From: Eledone cirrhosa
Lineage: Eukaryota
DNA length: 64,000 nt
Assembly (NCBI GenBank): GCA_964016885.1
Contig: OZ024741.1
Coordinates: 227,912,001 to 227,976,000, forward strand
Direction: 5' to 3'
Position 1 is the stretch's first letter; each line of letters begins with the position of its first letter. Shown piece by piece: positions 35,580 to 50,790 of the stretch. Both the position numbers and the translations under genes were made by a program. The notes beneath the pieces were generated by a model, which saw only the letters and a program-made list of their open reading frames with translations, made no database searches and had not been told where the DNA came from.

Positions 35580-38219
35580 TTCTGGAATATATTATTCAAT
35601 GATATTAGCTAGTGAAGAAATGAATATCATTCTAACAGCACATAGAACCCTAATAGAATTTAATAATCATCTCTGGACAAGAGCCGACAGAAAAAACAAT
35701 TTTCATATCACTATGGGATCATCTGACTCGGCGCAAGTAACAGACCTCGTGGGATTATTTATTAATAATGTACTGCATAGAAAAATGCCAGAGATGACCG
35801 GAGGTTTATATCGTGACGATATGTTGCTTTTAATTGAAAACCAGAGCAATAGTGAAATTAATAGAAAAAAGAAATCCATAATACAATTTTTCAACAACTA
35901 CAACCTTAATTTAGAAATCGAGAATAATTAGAAAATCGTTAACTTCTTAGATGTAACCTTAAAACTTAGCTCAGGTCTTCACTATCCATAAAATTAACGA
36001 AAATCTAAATTGCGTAAGTTTCAATTCTAAACATCCTAGAAATATTAAAAACACTATTGTCAATAGCGGCCAGCAACGGATTTCACGCATCTCTGCTAAT
36101 AAAAACATTTTTGATGATAAGGCAGAATAATACAATAAAACTTTACATAGAGCAGGATACTCGAATAAAATTAAATACTTAGATAACAATAACATGACAA
36201 ATCATCCTAGAATTCATTATCATAATAATAATAAACAATTCAACTTAAATAGTAAACCAAACAAAAAACTAGAACTAGAAATATTATTTGGTAATCTCCC
36301 ACATTCTCATTAGGCATTAAAACATCTTTAGCAGAGCTATTTTTTAAAGCACTAGATAAGTGTTTTCCTAAAGCCCACAGATACCACTCTATTTTTAACA
36401 GACACACTATAAAACTATCCTACTCTACTACTATGAACATAGCACAAAATATAAATAGAATTAATAATAGAAACTTAAATTTAAACCCTACCCAAACAAA
36501 CCAAGATTGCAATAATAATATTTCTAACAACAATTTTCATAATAATAGTTAGTACCGTTCCTAATAACAACAACTCCAGAAAATGTAACTGTAGACATAA
36601 ATCAAACTGCCCTTTACAAAATAACTGCTTAGATAAAAACGTAATTTATAAATGCACAGTGAAAACTAGAGACAAAATATTTAACTATATAGGTGCCACT
36701 TCTACAAAATTCAAAGTACGCTGGTACAACCACAAACATACATTTAATAAGTCCGATAAAAAATCTTCCACTTCACTTTCACATTTAATTTGGAATTTAA
36801 AGGACAACAATATAGACTACTCAATATCTTGGGGAACGATTTCGCGAGCACATGCATACTGAAATACAGCTTTCTCAAGAATCTGTCATTTGTGTATCGA
36901 GGAACTTTTTTGTATATAATTAACTGTCAAAATTCAAGAACAGAATTATTTTCTAGTTGCAGCCATAACCAAAATTCCACTTTCAGAAGTATTTTTAATC
37001 TATGATATTCATTACACTTGACTATATCTTATACACTTTTAAAATATTTCTATTATTTACTGATTATTTCTTTAAAAATTAAATATTTTTTAAATGATTT
37101 TCCTTCTTAAATTTAGTATTTTTACCATTTGATATTCTTTTCCTAATGATACTCTTCTTAATCTATTTTTTAGATGTAGATTGATAATCTTTAATTGACA
37201 TTCTGAAAGATATCCTCTTTACGATATTTCTTCGAAATGCATAATACTTTTTCCCTCTTTTTAATCTTCAAACTTTTCACACATCTTTCGACGTAAATAA
37301 TATGTAATTGAAATTCTCATCCTTGAAAAAAATAATCTCACACAAATAATATATAATTTTCTCTGCATACTTTCTGAGTAAATTATTAATCAAATTTAAT
37401 GGTTAACAAATAAGATTGGAGTTATCTTTTCCTTTACAATACGAGCAAACATATACATGATAACTTGTATGATAAACTATATAACTTCGCTAAATTAACA
37501 ATATTCTGAAAACATTTTTAATGTTGGAACAAAATATTTGAATCTACAAATTGTTCTCCTCTTACAACTTGAACTACGTCTTTTTCTTAAATATTTATGT
37601 AAAATGTAAAATCAACATCCTTCGTAACTCATATGAGAAATGTAAACAATTAATACGTGTGGTTTATTTCTATAAAATCACCAATAATACTTATACTTAC
37701 ACAATTATTATTCTATATAGATATTTATATACTTACAACCTGTTGGAATGTAATAAGATAAAATGTACTTACATCCATAATTCTCCATATAATCTAATTG
37801 ATTATATATACAATAGTATACCTCATAATATAGCAAAATAAAAATTTTTTTTTTAAATTCTGGAATCATATTCCACCATTCCTACAAACTATTAATTCTT
37901 TTTAAATTAACGTAAATAAAAGCTCTTTCTTATACATACACACATATATCCTAATAATTATTTAAATCTACCTAGCGTCTAAAAATAACGTTTTTTTTCA
38001 GCCCTATACCTCAACCTTTTCTTCTCTTTCCCTTCTTTCCTTTACTACCGAGGAAAAACTTGAACCGTTAAGATCTTCATCCTGGTTATGTCAATATTTA
38101 TAAAACAAACTTTGTATTTTATCTGATGAGAGCGTACCAAAGTTTTAGTACCCTTGAAATATATATAATAGAATAAATATGGTTTTATAAATATAGTTTC
38201 CATTTATTTAATATCATTG
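35580..38219 (+). mobile_element. Naiad-like PLE (RT plus GIY-YIG pseudogene 35599-37005, AT-rich 3'UTR, HHR-bearing terminus)
   Basis: FHITMGSSDSAQVTDLVGL, GGLYRDD, NFLDVT, CNCRHKSNCPLQNNCL..VIYKC..YIGAT..FKVRWYNH. Multiple stops and frameshifts. Confidence 0.85.
38117..38173 (+). ncRNA. type I hammerhead ribozyme in the PLE 3' pLTR
   Basis: ttttat-CTGATGA-gagcgtacc..agtaccctt-GAAA-tatata-TA-atagaa. Confidence 0.75.
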
Positions 38220-38416
38220 TATATATATATATATGTTTGTATATGTATAATAAAGCCAAAACAATGCAGGTATGGACATAGAATAAAGAATGCAAATGCA
38301 AAAGATATTGTTGACAATTAGTCTTTTACCTTAGATTTATTTAAATGTCCTTAAATTTCGAGATAATATGCACACACACACACTCACACTCACACAAACA
38401 CACACACAAACACACA

Positions 38417-38512
<96 letters not shown>

Positions 38513-38849
38513 TACACATATATATATATATATGCGTGCATGTATATATTAGGCAGGGAAATGCGGGGTCGTTAAGGCGTCGGATAGAATGCTTTGTGGT
38601 ATTCGTCCCACCTCATTGCGCGCTCAGAGTTCAAATCCCGTCGGGATCAACTTTGCCTTTCATCCTTTAGAGGTCGATTGTACCATTCCAGTACTAGGGT
38701 CGATTGTTGCTATAGACCTGGAGAGGGTTAGGCTCCACCACATTTTAAAGTGCCTTAGACAAATTAGTTACAACAGTGGCATATACATGTAGTACTGTAG
38801 TAACTAATTATACTTAACTCTTAATCACGGATATTTATACCAAATTTGT

Positions 38850-38904
<55 letters not shown>

Positions 38905-38907
<3 letters not shown>

Positions 38908-39270
38908 GATATTAACAAATGGAAACTATATTTATAAAACCATATTTATTTCATTATACATATTTCAAGGATACCATGTTAAATTATGGTATGCCTTCAT
39001 CAGACAAAATACAATATATACCAGTTTTATAAATAAACATTGACGTACCCTTTCAAAATGCAACCGTTACTTTTGGAAGACCTTAGGATAGTTTTGTCTG
39101 ATGAAGGCATACCATAATTTAACATGGTATCCTTGAAATATGTATAATGAAATAAATATGGTTTTATAAATACAGTTTCCATTTGTTAATATCGTATATT
39201 TACTCCAAATACTTGTCGAGTGTTTTATATCAGTTATAAAAATATTTGCTTGTTGTATCCCAACAATTTA
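38905..39270 (+). mobile_element. fold-back cassette (arms 38905-39009 / 39092-39197), sister family of 9229-9719
   Basis: HHRs at 39092-39152(+) and 38949-39009(-): ttttgt-CTGATGA-aggcataccat aatttaac atggtatcctt-GAAA-tatgta-TA-atgaaa. Confidence 0.75.
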
Positions 39271-39284
39271 AATAGAACTTTTGC

Positions 39285-39315
<31 letters not shown>

Positions 39316-40064
39316 TGTATGTATGTATGTATGTATGTATGTATGTATGTATGTATGTATGTATGTATGTATGTGTGTGTGTGTGTGTGTGTTTCTATCC
39401 CGGGTAAGGTACTGAATACATAGTAGAGTATACATTTTTAATATAGGAATGCCCTGATGATTTCCTCCGAATGAAACACTTCTTGTCCTGTAGAACCAAT
39501 TCTCTCTCTCCCTCTCTTTCTCTCTTTCTCTCACTCACTCACTCTCTCCTTCTCTCTCTCCGTCTAACTATATATATATATCCTTACCGACAAGAAAATA
39601 AGTTATTGTTTTTGATTGACGGTGTTTGGAAATGTTAACTATTGCTTTTATATTATCCGATCATGTTTATCGACAATAATGTGGTTAATATGATGATGTC
39701 GGCAACAGTTATGTAGGCAAAGTATTTCTAAATTATTTTTTGCTATTATAAACTTATCTCCCTTCCACTACCCAATACATTGCAGTACACTCTTATTTAA
39801 TTAAGTATCTAATTGTAACCTCTCATCTGTATAATTGTAATTTATAATTTTCTTCTATTTCCTTTCAGGCCGTTTATATCAGTTTTATATGTTGCTTTCG
39901 TTAGAATTATTGCACGATTTTTCTTCGGATTTTATGTTATATTTCGTCTATATACAGCATTAAGTCGATCTGATAAATATCCAGAAAAGTTGCCTTGGTT
40001 GCCCTTGAAATATATATAATAAAATAAATATGGTTTTATAAATATAGTTTCCATTTATTAATAT

Positions 40065-40099
<35 letters not shown>

Positions 40100-40227
40100 T
40101 GTATATATCATGTATCATATATATAAAATATATATATATATATATTTCATATATATATATATCATATATCATATATATATAAAGTATATATATCATATAT
40201 CATGCATTGTTGAGGCTTCCAAAACGA

Positions 40228-40260
<33 letters not shown>

Positions 40261-40584
40261 TATATTTTATTTATATGGGTACATTCGAGGTTCTCTCATA
40301 TTTGTTTATATCACATAGTCATTATCATAGCCTGAACTAATTACTAATTAATGGCAAAACATTCTGAACGAATAATTGCTTCAGTTACATTAAATGCACC
40401 CTGCGAGGTGCATCTGTGTCTAGTTATCCCATATGTGTGTGTGGGGGGTATGTAAATGAATATACCGTAATATCCTTGTGTACGAGAAATTTTAAACTAA
40501 AATTAAAGTAAAAATGCGAGATATATTACAAGTGGTCGTATTTTTAGTATCTTTTACTGACTTTAAAAATACTCATATAAAATA

Positions 40585-40687
40585 CAGGTAAAATTCCGTT
40601 ATAGCGAATTACAACGAATTATAACGAATTTTTCATGACAATTTTGTTTTTATACCTCGTGAATTTCTTTATAACGGAATTTCACTG
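40585..40687. mobile_element. pogo/Tigger-type MITE
   Basis: TA|caggtaaaattccgttata ... tataacggaatttcactg|TA terminal inverted repeats with TA flanks. Confidence 0.6.
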
Positions 40688-41123
40688 TAACAAGATTTCA
40701 AGTACGTTTCAATATAAATGGTATTTGGTATATCAGCTACATTTGTTATTTTGAAATCAGCGTAATTGAACATAACGAAATATGTGTGAGATTGAGATTT
40801 TATTGAATAACACGATATAAGTATAAACATAAATTTACATTGACACATATAAGTGAATAACAAATACAAAGCATATATGATATGTTTATATTTAATGAAC
40901 ACATATATATATATCACTATAGGTATTGTAGGCTGTGATCATGTCACAGCTACCCAAGTATATTCAGACATTGATGTTTCAGGATATGTTATCCATCAAC
41001 AATCACATTTACTACGTCGATACTGAGAGAAGAATAAGCTATAGTTTAAATGCATACATACATACATACATACATATAAATATATATATATATATATACA
41101 CATACACATATATATATGTGTAA

Positions 41124-41192
<69 letters not shown>

Positions 41193-41194
<2 letters not shown>

Positions 41195-41284
41195 AAAATG
41201 TATGACCCCGACGGCAGAGCTCAAGCCGTTTCGACGGCTATTCTGGACTATAAATAGCCGTCAAAACGGCTTGAGCTCTGCCGT
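41193..41284. mobile_element. 8957-family fold-back hairpin
   Basis: Arms 41211-41242 / 41253-41284. Confidence 0.7.
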
Positions 41285-41289
41285 TGTGT

Positions 41290-42955
41290 TGTTTGTGTTG
41301 TTGGTTGTGTGTTGGTCATTGGAGTTTTGGGGGTTTTGTGGTGTCTCTTTTTTTTGTTTTTTAGATTTCCGCGGTTCTCCCTCTTCTTCACTTAAAGAAG
41401 GAGAAGCAGCTTCATCCGTCGATGAATAATCATCGTAAGGTGTGTGGGGTAAGGGTATGTTGTGTGGTGGTGGTGTTTCGGTGAGTTTGTTTGTGGTAGT
41501 GTTTGGTGGAGTGGGATGGAGTGGGGCTGTGTTCTTCAGGGGTGTTGTCTCTGTTTTTTCTGTTGTTGTTGGTTGAGTGTTTGTTTGTTTTGGTGTGGTT
41601 GCTCGTTTTGTCTGTCATTGTACTTGTGGTGGTAGTGGTTGTTTTGGTGTTGGTGTCGGTAATAGCGTTTTTTTTATGATGTTGTTGTGTGTTTGTGGAC
41701 AAGAGGCTTTTAGGTAAGTTGTGCTACCACAGCGAAAGCAATTAAATTTTCGTCCTTCTACCGAAATGTTTATTTTGTTGTTATTATCAATAACGACTCT
41801 TTCGGGTATTTTGGAGATTCTCTCCGGTTTCATTTGCAACAGAATCTCCAAATCTGTGCCCGCCCACCCTTGTCGAATAGATTTTCGTATCGAAAGTATC
41901 ATATCAGTTTCTGGCTCTACCAAGCCAGCCAAGATCCACCAGATGTTAATGTTTGGAGGTATGTTTTTTATTTTTATTTTTTGTGTCCTTTTTCCCATAT
42001 ATGTAGGGAAAAGGGTGTATGCTTTTGACACCATTGGTGTCACAGAGTTTTTTGGGGCGAGTGCCTCGCTTTTAAACAGTACGGAAACACTTCCGTACTG
42101 TTTTCCTCGCTGGAGAAAATCGAAATTTGCTAGAATTTCCTTCAAAGTATCTTCTATATCTGCTTGGTTAACAAATGTCGGCTTTCTTGTAGAATTTGAC
42201 ACAGTCCTAAAAGTGACTGATCTGCGGATTGTGTCTTCCTTTATTTCAAGGGGTGAGTTAATTCTAAACCCACCTCTTTCTTCGAAAGTTACAAATTTTC
42301 TCCCTTGCTGGAGCATATCTCTTGCGTTGGAGATATGAAGATTTATAAAATCTTGTTTTTTGATCACTGTTTCAGCGAAAGACATTTTCTTTTTTTGTGT
42401 GGTTTGCTGTTGTTGTTGTTGTTGTTGTTATCGTTGTTTGCAATCTCAGTTCCTTGTCGAGGTGAAACATTATGTGTATATGTATCTGTAGAGTTGTTGA
42501 TGTCTTTGTCATGTGTATGTATGTTAATGGGTTTAATTCCTGTGTTTTCCTGTGTGTTATTGTTATTTTCTCCGCTTCGACGGTAGAAATTATAAAATTT
42601 TCAAGTGTTAATATATTTTTCTCTTTGTTGACACTTGTATCTATGGCGACGTCCATAGTAGCAGAAGCAGATATAACGTTAATATCTGCCTCTTTCTCTT
42701 TATTTTCTCTATTAACGTTCTCCAGCGTTCTTGTCTTGCTCAAGTTATTTAGTTTGTAAAATCTGATATTTTAAAACAAATTTTTAAAATAAAATGTTCG
42801 CCCCTACAGGGGCGAAAAATAGAATTACCACCCAGCTGACAATTCAGCTTGGGGGTTAATCTACAAAGTGTTATGTTTTTTCAAACAATTAGTTCGCTTT
42901 CTTGCATAGAAATTAACAAAAAAGCTTACCGGCGATGTTCCACACCTCAGACAGA
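41290..42955 (-). pseudogene. second gag/ORF1-like element, no ORF2 visible
   Basis: ORF 41615-42385: RRSVTFR..QADIE..RGKQYGSVSVLFKSEALA..GRKFNCFRCGSTTYLKASCP (degenerate CCHC knuckle), frameshifted. Confidence 0.65.
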
Positions 42956-42998
42956 AAGAGAGATAGATAGATAGATAGATAGATATAGATATGTACAT

Positions 42999-43114
<116 letters not shown>

Positions 43115-43377
43115 TTCTTATCGTTGCTATATACTCTTTGCTAGTATTAACCTATCCCAATAGTACCGAACATTGTTGGCAAAAAATATTTCATATTCAG
43201 TTGGGTATTTTACCAGAGTTATCATCATACCGATTGGCATTTATATATTTACTAACCCACACATACACACATGTGTGTATGTGTGTCTGTCTGTATATAT
43301 ATATACGCTTTATAGACCGACTTACATAAGCATATTTCGATATGTGCGTGTATAATCTATATATATGTGCATATATG

Positions 43378-43468
<91 letters not shown>

Positions 43469-43583
43469 TATATATATATATATATATATAATTCGTTTTT
43501 GAATTTGTTTTGCGAGATTTCTTATCTGAAAACGTGTGTTGAAACAGATATTGTTATACTTTGGGAGGGTCATGTTGCGTGTT

Positions 43584-43616
<33 letters not shown>

Positions 43617-43634
43617 ATTTATATATCTATATCA

Positions 43635-43744
<110 letters not shown>

Positions 43745-43819
43745 GAGGGAGTTGTGATTGTCGTTGCTTAAAATATGATGAAACAACAATGGAATGGTTG
43801 CTGCGCAGTATTGCATCAC

Positions 43820-44335
43820 TCTAGGTTTGGGCAGCTTTCAACAAGAACAAGGAAGTACTAACATCAAAATGAGTTTCCTGTCCTTTGAAGGCTAGGATCT
43901 TTGATAGTTACATTCTACCAGTTGTGTTATATGGTCTTGACTGTGTTAATTGGACGACAAGGTCACTTCAGGAGCTCTCTACATTCCAGAACCACATCAT
44001 GAGACTTATGACTGGCAAGCGGCTCAGCGACCGTATCTGTGTCAGTGAGCTGCTCAACATTACCAGACTTAGACTAATTACATCAATTGTCAAGTCAAGA
44101 GTACTCAAACTATACGGTCATATAAAAAGATCAACTTGTGGTGTGAGTCGGTTATGCTTGGAAGGAAGGTTGGCTAGTGAGAGAAGCAGAGGCCGGCAGC
44201 CAAAATGATGGGTTGAAAATCTCAACTAATGGACTCGACTTGATCTTTGCTCTTTAAACTCTACTGTTGGTCATCGAACTTTGTGGAGAAAAATATCTCA
44301 TGTTGATGCGCAAGTCTGCAGCTGGCGGAGTTTAG
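43820..44335 (+). pseudogene. RTE-group LINE C-terminal fragment
   Basis: KARIFDSYILPVVLYGLDC..W..LKLYGHIKR..RSRGRQPK*W. Confidence 0.75.
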
Positions 44336-45421
44336 GGAAGAAAAGAAAGAAGAAAGAAAAATTAACTAGAACTACGATCAAGGATGTTACAACACTGTCC
44401 ATCTGTATTTCTGTATTTCACTCGAGAAATTGTATATAGATGTAGGACTATATTATTTAACTTATTTTTCTTTCTGTAAATCTTGTAAATTTCTATTTAG
44501 ATGTATTTATTTTCTATTTCTAGAAGCTCGTGTGATGAAGTAGTGGTTCGTAATATAACTCCATTTATTACATAGACATTAACAATAGAACAATAGGAAA
44601 GGTTTTTAAAGATGTTGGACAACTTATCTATTACTCTGTGACTTTAAGCCTGTGTGCGAATCAAGATTACAGTGACATCAATACCATCTCATATCAGACT
44701 TAAGACTTCTACAAACAATCAACGGAAACGAAATAAAACATAATTAATGCATATTTATGTGCATTGATGTCCCCCAAATGTCATGTTTTACTTAAATGAA
44801 TATTATTGTTCTTGTTCTTATGTCGCCTCGAGTGGGCTTCGAGTAGGCCTCGACCGAAAGACATTCCAGTTATAAGCATCCCAACATATTTTGGGACATA
44901 GTATATTGGGTAATATTTTATCCACTGTGTCTTTTTTCATATAGTGGTGTGTGACATGAGTGAGAATTAGTTAGCAAATCAGAACATCGCGTAAAAGCTC
45001 CATGATTCTCTCCCTTTGGGGGATATACATGTATATGTATGTGCAGTTGTGTAGGCGCGTGGGTGTATATATACATATTGTTGATATTGTGATTTAGGCC
45101 TATGTCAGCCTTTTCGAAAAAACCTATGATAAAATACATTCCAACGCTGACTATCCCATCGTTTTCGCGTGCACATTGAACCAACATTATCCAACATATT
45201 CAGGTTTGTAAGATAGCTAAATGTTAATTGGAAAGTATTTGAATACTGGTAAAAGAAACGAGTGACCACTTTGAGGTTCCGTGATATACTAGGCTTGAAT
45301 AGGTATAATGTACCTAAATAGAAAATGCAACGAAGAAATTGCGCATCTATTAATGTGAGATGTCCGCGAGATAAATCTGTGTGATAATCTGAAATGATGG
45401 TAGCATAGATATAGTAGATCT

Positions 45422-46830
<1,409 letters not shown>

Positions 46831-47982
46831 TATGTGAAGATAGACATAGAATATTCGAAAATATTCTGTATGTTTATAATAAACATTTTGAAGACCTAAT
46901 CGCTATAGAATAGAATACGTCACGTATTACAATTAGATTCTCGATAAAAGCAAGGGAAGTAACCTACGCGTTTCATTCTTATTAGAAATCTTCAGGATTA
47001 CATATCCAGTGCTTTTATCGAGAATGACACAGCTAGAGACTTATAGAATACTTAGCTGTGTACAGGAACTGGTTTGAAAGAGCGGTTGCCGGTCCGGCAG
47101 AAATTAGAAATTGGATTAAATGCTCTGAAATAGCGATATATATGTGAAGATAGACATAGAATATTCGAAAATATTCTGTATGTTTATAATAAACATTTTG
47201 AAGACCTAATCGCTATAGAATAGAATACGTCACGTATTACAATTAGATTCTCGATAAAAGCAAGGGAAGTAACCTACGCGTTTCATTCTTATTAGAAATC
47301 TTCAGGATTACATATCCAGTGCTTTTATCGAGAATGACACAGCTAGAGACTTCTAGAATACTTAGCTGTGTACAGGAACTGGTTTGAAAGAGCGGTTGCC
47401 GGTCCGGCAGAAATTAGAAATTGGATTAAATGCTCTGAAATAGCGATATATATGTGAAGATAGACATAGAATATTCGAAAATATTCTGTATGTTTATAAT
47501 AAACATTTTGAAGACCTAATCGCTATAGAATAGAATACGTCACGTATTACAATTAGATTCTCGATAAAAGCAAGGGAAGTAACCTACGCGTTTCATTCTT
47601 ATTAGAAATCTTCAGGATTACATATCCAGTGCTTTTATCGAGAATGACACAGCTAGAGACTTATAGAATACTTAGCTGTGTACAGGAACTGGTTTGAAAG
47701 AGCGGTTGCCGGTCCGGCAGAAATTAGAAATTGGATTAAATGCTCTGAAATAGCGATATATATGTGAAGATAGACATAGAATATTCGAAAATATTCTGTA
47801 TGTTTATAATAAACATTTTGAAGACCTAATCGCTATAGAATAGAATACGTCACGTATTACAATTAGATTCTCGATAAAAGCAAGGGAAGTAACCTACGCG
47901 TTTCATTCTTATTAGAAATCTTCAGGATTACATATCCAGTGCTTTTATCGAGAATGACACAGCTAAGTATTCTATAAGTCTC
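46831..47982 (-). repeat. 310-bp tandem array (3 full units plus a partial unit), retrozyme/pLTR-like
   Basis: Units start at 46831, 47141, 47451, 47761. The only difference noticed between units is at 47353. Confidence 0.95.
46959..47001 (-). ncRNA. type I hammerhead ribozyme (repeated at 47269-47311, 47579-47621, 47889-47931)
   Basis: gtaatc-CTGAAGA-tttct aata agaat-GAAA-cgcg-TA-ggttac. 6-bp stem I, enclosed by a perfect 16-bp inverted repeat (46937-46952 / 47010-47025). Confidence 0.8.
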
Positions 47983-47989
47983 TAGCTGT

Positions 47990-48350
47990 GTCAAACAGGA
48001 CGTCACTGTGTGGTGACAAAGGTCCCGTCTTCCACATCTAGAATAAGGAGCTGGTATTCCAATAGCCAGGGATTTAAGGGCCCTCAACTCTTCAACAAGC
48101 TGCCGAGGGATCTGAGAGATTTGCATGATGTGGAGGTGGATGTCTTCAAGAAACATCTCGACACTTTGCTATCCAGGATCCCGGATGAGCCCACAGCAAG
48201 GCACGAGGGAAACCTAAGGGCAACAGCAACAAACTCCCTCTTACACCAGTGGCCAACCTATACAGGTTGGAGATAAAATGTGTAGCAACAAGGGCGGTGC
48301 CCCAGCATGGCCTCAGCCGGATGGCTGAAACAGGTAAAAGAGTAAAAGAG
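47990..48350 (+). mobile_element. CR1-like LINE 3' fragment
   Basis: [37 protein letters not shown], followed by a short 3'UTR. Relative at 62400-62695. Confidence 0.7.
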
Positions 48351-48374
48351 TATGTATATATGTACATATATATG

Positions 48375-48422
<48 letters not shown>

Positions 48423-48424
48423 CC

Positions 48425-48489
<65 letters not shown>

Positions 48490-48579
48490 GGATACTATTT
48501 ATGGTTATGTGTATATTAAACTTTTTATAGTTATTTATATTTTAAACTTTTTATAGTTATGTATATTTTAAACCTTAAA

Positions 48580-50657
<2,078 letters not shown>

Positions 50658-50790
50658 AATAATTCTGGCAATATTACACAAATATGACCCTCCCCAAGTA
50701 TAACAATATATATATATATATATATAAATATATATATACATATATATATACATATATATATATATACATATATATATACATATATATATA

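Noticed and set aside
36860-36862. In-frame TGA in the Naiad-like PLE as selenocysteine (reported for some Naiads)
   Set aside because: The position does not align with a Cys in the homologous ORF at 34891-35268, and the copy has many other stops and frameshifts
46831-47982. CRISPR-like array
   Set aside because: Whole 310-bp units are repeated with no unique spacers, no cas genes are present, and the context is eukaryotic
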